IMG/VR virus record: IMGVR_UViG_3300020182_000025
Direction: 5' to 3' (one strand)
Source: a virus
Length of the DNA stretch: 64,000 nucleotides
Below the pieces are notes generated by a model. The model was not told the DNA's origin. It was given only the letters and a program-made list of their open reading frames with translations, and did no database searches. Made by a program: the position numbers and the translations under genes. Shown here piece after piece: positions 1-6,605 of this stretch; the first letter of the stretch is position 1, and every line of letters begins with the position of its first letter.

Positions 1-137
1 GCGATGCTGCCCCACTTCAATCCTGCTATGTGGCGAACCTTAACTTCCTTTGCTGGTACCTTAGTGATACTGCCACCATTCTTTAGGAACTCTTGGAGTA
101 GTTGGTCTGCCATTGCTCTTTGGTTTGCTTTAGTCAT
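1..137 (-). CDS. Small early hypothetical protein, 3' end outside window (MTKANQRAMADQLLQEFLKNGGSITKV...)
   Basis: Manual translation; ATG at 137 follows the conserved early promoter/leader cassette. Confidence 0.7.
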   Translation of the reverse strand, partial: MTKANQRAMADQLLQEFLKNGGSITKVPAKEVKVRHIAGLKWGSI

Positions 138-142
138 GATTT

Positions 143-205
143 TCTCTCTTTTCTGATTTTGTAAGTACATTATACAGGGTTTATTGGAAAAGTCAAGCTT
201 TATTT
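143..205 (-). promoter_or_regulatory. Early sigma70-type promoter/leader cassette, copy 1 of 5
   Basis: Minus strand TTGACT (196-191), 16 bp spacer, TATAAT (174-169), then leader ...caaaatcagaaaagagag. Confidence 0.85.
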
Positions 206-214
206 CAATTTATT

Positions 215-916
215 TTAGATCCCTGCGTAGCCATCGATTACAAAGCCAGACGTATCCTTCTTGGCTGGGCCCTTAGCGGTTAGACCTACTACCACGTTGG
301 CTAGGTCAAGGAAGCGGAGGTCGTCCTTATCACCGTTGATCACCTTACGACCTAGGAAGAATTCTGGGAGCTCCTTGCGGAATACCACTGCTAGGTTGTG
401 CGGGGTACGTGCTGCCTTAGAAGCGTAGGCTAGGTTGGCCTCAGAATATGATACAGTGAGATGGTAATTGGCAGGGACTTTACGGCCAGGGAGCTTGGTG
501 TAATCATAGAATTGGGTATCAGGGAAGGTGTCCATGAGGTTTAGGCCATTTGATCCTTTCTGGTTCTCCCAAGCGATATCGGAAGTGCCGTTCAGACGGA
601 CTGCCAATTCTACACCGTTCTTGGTGGCCTTCTTAATACCCTTGCGGATATCATCTGCCAACTGGTCTACGAAAGCCACTTGGTCATCACGGAATGCGAT
701 TGTCTTATTCATTCGAGCCTTTTGGACATTCGAGAAGGAACCCATGCCAGCTTTATATAGGCAGGCATTCTTACAACCAGCCAGCTCGGCAGTAGGGCAT
801 ACGTTGATACCTTCTACCGTATCAGCTGGAGCCATGTACATGATAGCCGTGAGATATTCACCGCCTTTGTCCGACTTGATTGTTTTAGCGTTTGATCCGA
901 TGCTTAGGTATTTCAT
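215..916 (-). CDS. GP88-family phage protein
   Basis: Motifs CP...GC-x3-CL, AVRLNGTSDIAW, FYDYTK, NYHLTVSYSE and GDKDDLRFLD typical of the gene product 88 family. Confidence 0.75.
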   Translation of the reverse strand: MKYLSIGSNAKTIKSDKGGEYLTAIMYMAPADTVEGINVCPTAELAGCKNACLYKAGMGSFSNVQKARMNKTIAFRDDQVAFVDQLADDIRKGIKKATKNGVELAVRLNGTSDIAWENQKGSNGLNLMDTFPDTQFYDYTKLPGRKVPANYHLTVSYSEANLAYASKAARTPHNLAVVFRKELPEFFLGRKVINGDKDDLRFLDLANVVVGLTAKGPAKKDTSGFVIDGYAGI

Positions 917-923
917 GGTTTTG

Positions 924-986
924 CTCTCTTTTCTCTAGTTTGTAAGTACATTATACAGGGTTTATTCCAAAAGTCAAGCTTTATTT
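924..986 (-). promoter_or_regulatory. Early promoter/leader cassette, copy 2
   Basis: TTGACT (977-972), 16 bp, TATAAT (955-950); near-identical to copy 1. Confidence 0.85.
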
Positions 987-1038
987 CAAAAAAAGATCAA
1001 AAAAAGGTGTTTTTCGTTAAAAATCAAGGGTTTAAAGA

Positions 1039-1063
1039 CAAAAAAAGCCCCAATTAAGGGGCT
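1039..1063 (-). terminator. Intrinsic terminator
   Basis: Minus strand AGCCCC-ttaatt-GGGGCT followed by a T run, downstream of ORF 1146-1496. Confidence 0.75.
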
Positions 1064-1145
1064 AAGATGAGGGCAGGGTAAAAAAGAGAGAGAAAAACCT
1101 GCCCTCGGGTGAGGATAACCAATCCTCTGAGAGTAAACCTATAAT

Positions 1146-1496
1146 TTATGAAATATCGCCGTGATAATCAGTACCAATCTGGACAAACCTCTGGGTTCCT
1201 ATCTGGATTTCCTTCTGCTTACCATTAAAGCCAGCCTTCACCCGAGTGGATAGTTCCATCTTCTCGTACTTGACCACGTTCCGAGCGAGTAGGTCGAATT
1301 TAAGCATGCTATCGGTGGCTAGGATCTTGCCCAGTGTCGTTTCCTTAAAGTTTTCCACTTCCCGGAACACCTGGGTGAGTCTTTCCAGACGAGTATCACT
1401 ACATAGGGAGTGCCTGTCCATGCCCATGGCCTGCTCACGGGCAGATAAGTAGGAACCATTGATGGAGGTAACCGCATTTACTTGGTATATGCTCAT
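1146..1496 (-). CDS. Early hypothetical protein
   Basis: ORF track; TAATG overlap with the upstream small ORF. Confidence 0.6.
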   Translation of the reverse strand: MSIYQVNAVTSINGSYLSAREQAMGMDRHSLCSDTRLERLTQVFREVENFKETTLGKILATDSMLKFDLLARNVVKYEKMELSTRVKAGFNGKQKEIQIGTQRFVQIGTDYHGDIS

Positions 1497-1660
1497 TATT
1501 TGACATCCTTAATTGAGATTGAGTTAATGGTAATGCTATTACCATAAGCGCCATAGACTGCGGCTTCTGCCTCAGCCATGCTATCTGTAAGGACACGGCG
1601 AACGAGGTCCTCTCTGGAGTTATCGTCACCGAATACTGTGAAATTGATTGTGTAAAGCAT
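1496..1660 (-). CDS. Small early hypothetical protein, 54 aa (MLYTINFTVFGDDNSRE...)
   Basis: Manual translation; follows promoter cassette copy 3 with an AAGGA RBS. Confidence 0.7.
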   Translation of the reverse strand: MLYTINFTVFGDDNSREDLVRRVLTDSMAEAEAAVYGAYGNSITINSISIKDVK

Positions 1661-1669
1661 GGTTTTATT

Positions 1670-1730
1670 TCCTTCTCTCAGTTTGTAATTACATTATACA
1701 GGGTCTTTCGGCAAAAGTCAAGCTTTATTT
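1670..1730 (-). promoter_or_regulatory. Early promoter/leader cassette, copy 3
   Basis: TTGACT (1721-1716), 17 bp, TATAAT (1698-1693). Confidence 0.85.
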
Positions 1731-1850
1731 TAGAGCCAAGAATTCGGACTGTGCCGCAGCTTGATCGGCCTGACAGTCGCTACATATAGCATCAATTGGA
1801 GCTTCGACCTGTGTACCGCATTCAGGACATATTACAATTTCATTTTCCAT
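1725..1850 (-). CDS. Small CxxC...CxxC protein, 41 aa (MENEIVICPECGTQVEAPIDAICSDCQ...)
   Basis: Manual translation; two CxxC pairs; follows promoter cassette copy 4. Confidence 0.65.
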   Translation of the reverse strand: MENEIVICPECGTQVEAPIDAICSDCQADQAAAQSEFLALK

Positions 1851-1857
1851 TTTTCTT

Positions 1858-1920
1858 TCTCTCTTTTCTGATTGTGTAAGTACATTATACAGGGTTTATT
1901 CCAAAAGTCAAGCTTTATTT
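1858..1920 (-). promoter_or_regulatory. Early promoter/leader cassette, copy 4
   Basis: TTGACT (1911-1906), 16 bp, TATAAT (1889-1884). Confidence 0.85.
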
Positions 1921-2201
1921 TAACTATTTTGCAAATACTGGTCATTCTTTTTAAGGGACCATTTCTCCATCACTGGCTTGCCAAACTCATCCTCGTCCAC
2001 CGATATATAAGCCACTGTCTTTTTCACTATGGCATACCTATATCCCTGATCCCCACCATGGCCGTAAGAACCAACCCATACTATATGAGGAAACTCACTG
2101 GCAAATTCATGGGTATCAGGATTGACCGAATATTCGAAGTAATTACCATTAGAGTGGACAAAACATCCAATGGGGTTTTGAGTGTGGGTGTGATAAGCCA
2201 T
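1920..2201 (-). CDS. Early hypothetical protein (start revised to MAYHTHTQ)
   Basis: ORF 1920-2330; ATG at 2201 lies just downstream of cassette copy 5 and its RBS. Confidence 0.65.
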   Translation of the reverse strand: MAYHTHTQNPIGCFVHSNGNYFEYSVNPDTHEFASEFPHIVWVGSYGHGGDQGYRYAIVKKTVAYISVDEDEFGKPVMEKWSLKKNDQYLQNS

Positions 2202-2206
2202 ATTTG

Positions 2207-2260
2207 CTCTCTTTTCTGATTGTGTAAGTACATTATACGGGGTGTTTTGGCAAAAGTACA
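2207..2260 (-). promoter_or_regulatory. Early promoter/leader cassette, copy 5 (degenerate -35)
   Basis: TGTACT (2260-2255), 17 bp, TATAAT (2237-2232); same leader as copies 1 and 4. Confidence 0.7.
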
Positions 2261-2317
2261 GTGAATAAAATCGATGATAACACCAACCTTCATCGAAAAA
2301 AACAATGATAAAAAGAC

Positions 2318-2346
2318 TTGACTTCCTCATCTGCCCATGAGATACT
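2318..2346 (+). promoter_or_regulatory. Plus-strand sigma70-like promoter facing the non-coding repeat block
   Basis: TTGACT, 17 bp, GATACT. Confidence 0.5.
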
Positions 2347-2378
2347 ATCCGTCTGCTTTGAGAAAATCAAGCGTTCCT

Positions 2379-2492
2379 AGGTGCTTGATTTCATTAGAGT
2401 TTTTAAGTGCTTGATATGTAAGAGGTTTCTGGCTGCAGCCAAGTCATTGATTCTCTTAGAGTTTTTAAGTGCTTGATTTCATTAGAGTTTGC
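2379..2492. repeat. Four imperfect 26-bp direct repeats, consensus AAGTGCTTGATTTCATTAGAGTTTTT
   Basis: Copies at 2379, 2405, 2441 and 2467; an inverted half-copy AAATCAAGC lies just before copy 1. Confidence 0.85.
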
Positions 2493-2738
2493 CAGGAGCT
2501 CCAGGGCGGAGTCCAGGGCGGAACTTCTGGCGGGTGCCGTTCGGATCAGGCCCTGCCCGGAATCTCTTTTAATGCCTCCAAATTTCGTTTCAACGGTTCT
2601 ATGGTAGACCCCGTGGAACACCCTGGACCCTTGGTCTGTTTACAGTCCATATAGGGCCATTATGGCTTATCTATAGTCCACATAGGGCCATGGACACGGG
2701 TACTGCCTACACGCTACCTATGGGCACCCCTATGCCTA

Positions 2739-2771
2739 GGGTATCCACTGGGTATCCACTGGGTATCCACT
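2739..2771. repeat. Exact tandem repeat (GGGTATCCACT)x3
   Basis: Read directly from the sequence. Confidence 0.9.
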
Positions 2772-2918
2772 GCACCTCAGCGTAGCCTCTATCTGCACCT
2801 GTACATGACCTATTTTTGCATCTGGGGTTGACATTTGGCTGCACATGTGCTACAATATAAATCTGCATCTCGAATAGCTATGGAATCTGCATCTCAACCA
2901 GCATTTCCGTTCGCATCT
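2771..2918. repeat. Phased heptamer array, consensus TGCA(T/C)CT, 7 copies at 23-24 bp spacing
   Basis: Copies start at 2771, 2794, 2817, 2840 (TGCACAT), 2864, 2888 and 2912 (CGCATCT); an off-phase copy at 2949. Confidence 0.8.
2828..2856 (+). promoter_or_regulatory. Near-consensus plus-strand sigma70 promoter with no credible downstream ORF
   Basis: TTGACA, 17 bp, TACAAT, embedded in the heptamer array. Confidence 0.7.
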
Positions 2919-3081
2919 GAGCTTGCCAGGGAAGCCCGGCTGTGGATTTGCATCTGTGGAATTTCGGTGGTATCACTGGTAGTGTGGTTCATGTATAGAA
3001 AGGTGAAATATTGTTTCTCTTTTGCTCTATTATGCGAAATATTGTTTCACTTATAGTACATAAGGCGTATTAATGTTTCGT

Positions 3082-3954
3082 TTATAGATCAGTACCGTTG
3101 AGCACTTTTATCAAGTCAGTGTCAACCTCATCATAGTATATTTTCATTAACAAATCTATTGTTTTTATTCTAGCTAGTTTACATATAATGCGTGGATCTA
3201 TTCCTCTATCTACTAGGTTTTTCACGAACGAGGTACGGAAATTGACCCTAGACAGACCAGCAGAACTCAAGAGATGGGTAATCTTATGCAGTATAGTCTT
3301 TGAGTTAAAAGGACTTCCTTTCTGTGATATAAAAACATAAGACTCTCTGTTGTGTAAAGGGAGTTTACTTCCAAAGAATCTATTAATTTCTTCCTTTAAT
3401 ATTTTTGAGATATAAAGAGGCATTTTGTTTCCTTCGAATTCTATTATATCTTTTGCTTGTCCTTTTTCGTCTAATACATCTCTTACTTTAATTTTCCACA
3501 AGTCTACATAGTTAATGCCAGAGTAATACAAAAAGCATAGTATTAGTCTATTGTTAGACAAGTTTCTTTTCCTTGAAGTGTTTTCTACATGTTCTAATAA
3601 GAGAGCGAATTCTTCCTTTGATATAGTTTTCTTTGGCGGATTAGCTATTACCTTTTTTTGTTTCTTGTTGTAATAGACACCTCCTTTGTGTAGATTATAG
3701 TAAGACTCCCATTTTTCTGGGGTTTTACTGAGTTTACTCAATAGTCTGGCTTCAGTTTCATTGACTTCTTTTTTAGAGCCTTTAAATATTATACGCCTTT
3801 TCATATACGGAGGAACGGAGTCCATATTAAAGGACTCCATTACTTTAGACGAGTGAGCGTAATTATCCTCAACGGATCCTATGTGTTTTCCTAGATATTT
3901 TTTCTTTGTTATTGTGTTAATCCACATATAACAAAACCCTTCATAATTCTTCAT
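3082..3954 (-). CDS. Seg-type GIY-YIG nuclease fused to a degenerate tyrosine-recombinase domain
   Basis: N-term GFCY..YLGKH..Y..SS..E..YYN; C-term NRLILCFLYYSG.N..DL..IKVRDV, YVFISQKG, FRTSF, DPRIICKLA follows the integrase catalytic-domain layout. Confidence 0.7.
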   Translation of the reverse strand: MKNYEGFCYMWINTITKKKYLGKHIGSVEDNYAHSSKVMESFNMDSVPPYMKRRIIFKGSKKEVNETEARLLSKLSKTPEKWESYYNLHKGGVYYNKKQKKVIANPPKKTISKEEFALLLEHVENTSRKRNLSNNRLILCFLYYSGINYVDLWKIKVRDVLDEKGQAKDIIEFEGNKMPLYISKILKEEINRFFGSKLPLHNRESYVFISQKGSPFNSKTILHKITHLLSSAGLSRVNFRTSFVKNLVDRGIDPRIICKLARIKTIDLLMKIYYDEVDTDLIKVLNGTDL

Positions 3955-4274
3955 ACTGTAAAACTCACTCCACAGCCACAGGTGCCTACTGCGTTTGGGT
4001 TCTTTAGTTGGAAGGTTGATCCCATTATATCTTCTACATAATCTAACGTGCTTCCTACTACATAAGAATAGGATAGGCTATCTACTAGGACTAGGTTGTC
4101 TATTACGGTATCATCGTCTGTTTTTTCTTCTATTGAGAATCCGTATTGGAAGCCTGAGCAGCCTCCTCCATGTACATAGACTCTTAATAGTTTGTCGCCT
4201 TCCTTGAGTGTTGTTGCTTTACTCTTGGCTGATTCTGTTAGGATTAATGCTTGTGGTGTCCATGATTCTATCAT
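3951..4274 (-). CDS. erpA: A-type Fe-S carrier (ErpA/IscA, HesB family)
   Basis: LRVYVHGGGCSGFQYGF and NPNAVGTCGCGVSF signatures. Confidence 0.9.
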   Translation of the reverse strand: MIESWTPQALILTESAKSKATTLKEGDKLLRVYVHGGGCSGFQYGFSIEEKTDDDTVIDNLVLVDSLSYSYVVGSTLDYVEDIMGSTFQLKNPNAVGTCGCGVSFTV

Positions 4275-4306
4275 AAAATTCCTCTGCTATTACTGAGCAG
4301 TGTATG

Positions 4307-4987
4307 CTATTTCCAGTTGACTGTATCTATTATCTCTTGGTAATTTAACATGTATTTATCTGCCCGATGTGAGCTTATTGTAGATGTGTCAAGTTTTTTG
4401 TTTGGTAGTTCGATGCCTATTTTTTCTTCTAGTATTTCCCATGTATCTTCTACGAATATTGTTTTAGGTACATCTCCTGTGAGTTTTATTACTCTTTCAA
4501 TAAAAAGATTTTCTAATATGTGTGTATGTTTGAGGAGCGTTTTCACTACGTCTATGTCTGCATTGAATGCTTTGAAGGAAGGATCTACTGGGTGTGAAGG
4601 ATCAAATGATTTTGTTTTCCATCCCATGATAATAGAGAAAGCAATGTCTATCTTCTTTCTTCTTGTTGAGAGGATAAAAGTCCAGTCATTGCTGTCTGTC
4701 GGTAATAAAGTCGGGTTGTGACTGTGACATACAATAGGTGTCTTCCATGTATCCATCAAAGTTATGGCATCATCGTCCGTGTAGCCTTTTGATTGTGATC
4801 CTTTACCTTTTACTTCGGTTATAACTTGGAAGCCGTCTAGTAAATTTCTACTTGGACTTGGAGTAAGGTCAGACTTGATAGGATGTATATACATTTTCTG
4901 GTTGCTTGATGCCTGGGCGTCTTGTATACCATTCATTATTCTTTTGCTGCCTGTCCTGCCCATAGGTGAGCAAACATAATATTTCAT
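4307..4987 (-). CDS. Sulfotransferase-like protein (start revised to MKYYVCSPMGRTGS)
   Basis: N-terminal GRTGS PAPS-binding-loop-like motif, R-R-K..D...S, C-terminal NYQEI; paralog of 32559-33227. Confidence 0.55.
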   Translation of the reverse strand: MKYYVCSPMGRTGSKRIMNGIQDAQASSNQKMYIHPIKSDLTPSPSRNLLDGFQVITEVKGKGSQSKGYTDDDAITLMDTWKTPIVCHSHNPTLLPTDSNDWTFILSTRRKKIDIAFSIIMGWKTKSFDPSHPVDPSFKAFNADIDVVKTLLKHTHILENLFIERVIKLTGDVPKTIFVEDTWEILEEKIGIELPNKKLDTSTISSHRADKYMLNYQEIIDTVNWK

Positions 4988-5364
4988 TGCTGCTTGTCTT
5001 GATAGTCCTTTACTGCTGCCTTGATAGCGTCTTCTGCTAATACTGAACAATGTATCTTTACTGGAGGTAGTGCTAGTTCTTCTGCTAGGTCTACGTTCTT
5101 TATGTCCTTTGCTTCGTCTAGTGATAGTCCTTTGACCCATTCCGTGAGAAGGCTTGATGATGCGATTGCTGACCCACACCCGTAGGTTTTGAACTTAGCG
5201 TCCGTGATGATATTGTTCTCGTCTACTTCAATTTGTAAACGCATGACATCACCACAAGCGGGTGCTCCTACCATGCCTGTGCCGATGTTCTTTTGTTTAG
5301 GATCGAATATACCTACATTGCGTGGATTTTCATAATGATCGAGTACTTTGTCTGAGTATGCCAT
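4984..5364 (-). CDS. iscU: Fe-S scaffold protein IscU
   Basis: YSDKVLDHYENPRNVG, GAPACGDVM, FKTYGCGSAIASSS, LPPVKIHCSVLAEDAI. Confidence 0.95.
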   Translation of the reverse strand: MAYSDKVLDHYENPRNVGIFDPKQKNIGTGMVGAPACGDVMRLQIEVDENNIITDAKFKTYGCGSAIASSSLLTEWVKGLSLDEAKDIKNVDLAEELALPPVKIHCSVLAEDAIKAAVKDYQDKQQ

Positions 5365-5368
5365 TGTG

Positions 5369-5572
5369 TTAGTCCTCTACAACGAGTGTGCGTGAAATTT
5401 CGCCTTTGAACAGGCAGTATTTGTATTTCTTGTTGCCTTTCTTTGTGATGAGAAGCCAGCCGTTGAAGTCGATGACCTTCTCTTCGCCCTTTCTTTCTAT
5501 GTCTACTTTTAACTGCTTGAGGGTACTGTAACAGACAAAGAAATATTTACTACCGATGTATGTTTTTTTCAT
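5369..5572 (-). CDS. Hypothetical protein
   Basis: ORF track; tightly packed in operon. Confidence 0.6.
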   Translation of the reverse strand: MKKTYIGSKYFFVCYSTLKQLKVDIERKGEEKVIDFNGWLLITKKGNKKYKYCLFKGEISRTLVVED

Positions 5573-5979
5573 AGTTTACCTTCTTTTCTTAACTGTTCTC
5601 TAATCTGTGTTGCACTAATATTATGTATCTCTTCACCTAAGTCATGCTGCGTAAACGTATATCCCACACCACGACCATAACTGATGTCTACAATGTTTGG
5701 AACTTCCATTATAATATAGTCTTCGTTATATGTAAAGCCTTCTTTTGCCAAACCCCTAATAATATTTTCTTTTGCTGTTAGGAAGTCAAAAGGATTGTCA
5801 TCTTGTGCAACTGTACGTCCACCGCCTGCATCTTGTCCAACAATACCTCCAACGTCACGTACCATAATAGCAACTTGCCCGGTTTCGGCAAATACTTTTT
5901 TAAACAGTGCAGTGTGGCCATCGTGCCAAGGTTGCCAACGGCCTAACATCTGTGTAGTAGGCTTTTGATAATCAAACAT
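5569..5979 (-). CDS. Small HxGH-family nucleotidyltransferase (start revised to MFDYQKP)
   Basis: LGRWQPWHDGH motif; YGRGVGY. Confidence 0.7.
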   Translation of the reverse strand: MFDYQKPTTQMLGRWQPWHDGHTALFKKVFAETGQVAIMVRDVGGIVGQDAGGGRTVAQDDNPFDFLTAKENIIRGLAKEGFTYNEDYIIMEVPNIVDISYGRGVGYTFTQHDLGEEIHNISATQIREQLRKEGKL

Positions 5980-6187
5980 TTTTAACTCCGTATCGAATAT
6001 ATTTGTACCATAGCCGTTCGTGTCCGTAGTATAATACAAATTTAATAATTAAGTCGGCAACAAACACTGCGCCAACAGCTTTAGGCGGAAGCCCAAAGTA
6101 CCAAGCAATTAATGCAGTAACAATACTTGCTACAATTCGCCAAGTAACTGCTTTTGCTAAATGGCGTTTTTTACTTACTGTTTCCAT
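5972..6187 (-). CDS. DUF2061-like membrane protein
   Basis: RHLAKAVTWRI...LYYGHERLW pattern. Confidence 0.75.
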   Translation of the reverse strand: METVSKKRHLAKAVTWRIVASIVTALIAWYFGLPPKAVGAVFVADLIIKFVLYYGHERLWYKYIRYGVKNV

Positions 6188-6602
6188 TGCGTTTCGTATA
6201 AGAAGTTACAACTTTTAAAAGTTGTGTATGTGTATCGTTAAACCACTGTGCAACATGATAGTCGTACTTAGTAGGCGCTTGGAAAATTTTGTTAGTATCA
6301 TCAAAACGTCCCTCTTTAATAGTATCCATCCAGACTGTAAAATCTGGATCAAATTCTAAACGTGCGGCTTCTGTAGGACAAACAAAGTCTGCTACTGCAA
6401 TTTTGCCTGCCATAACAACACCGTCACTTAGATGACGCATGCGTTGTGCTTGACGTATACGTCCTTCAGGTGTAAAATCCCAGTCATCATATTCTTTGCG
6501 AACTGCGTCAGCATTAATATGCACTCCACCTAGTAACTCTGCAAACGGTTTTGCTAGAGTAGTTTTACCACTACCTGGTAAACCAAATATTAAAATTTTC
6601 AC
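6171..6602 (-). CDS. Adenylylsulfate (APS) kinase-like P-loop kinase
   Basis: GLPGSGKTTLA, NADAVR, DFTPEGRIRQAQRM, ADFVCP. Confidence 0.8.
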   Translation of the reverse strand: MKILIFGLPGSGKTTLAKPFAELLGGVHINADAVRKEYDDWDFTPEGRIRQAQRMRHLSDGVVMAGKIAVADFVCPTEAARLEFDPDFTVWMDTIKEGRFDDTNKIFQAPTKYDYHVAQWFNDTHTQLLKVVTSYTKRNGNSK

Positions 6603-6605
6603 AAT

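Noticed and set aside
2379-2492. 26-bp repeats as a CRISPR array
   Set aside because: Copies are adjacent or separated by only 10 bp, there are no unique spacers, and no cas gene is in the window
2403-2654. ORFs 2403-2621 (-) and 2469-2654 (+)
   Set aside because: They run through the repeat tract with no RBS and no recognisable protein features
2835-3056. Plus-strand 73-aa ORF as the product of the antisense promoter
   Set aside because: It begins inside the promoter spacer, upstream of the expected transcription start, has no RBS, and is built from the repeat motifs
3082-3954. Active integrase implying a temperate lifestyle
   Set aside because: Key catalytic residues look substituted, and no repressor or att-like context is seen
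4988-5179. Long N-terminal extension of ORF 4307-5179
   Set aside because: It overlaps iscU in another frame; the paralog at 32559 supports a start at MKYY (4987)
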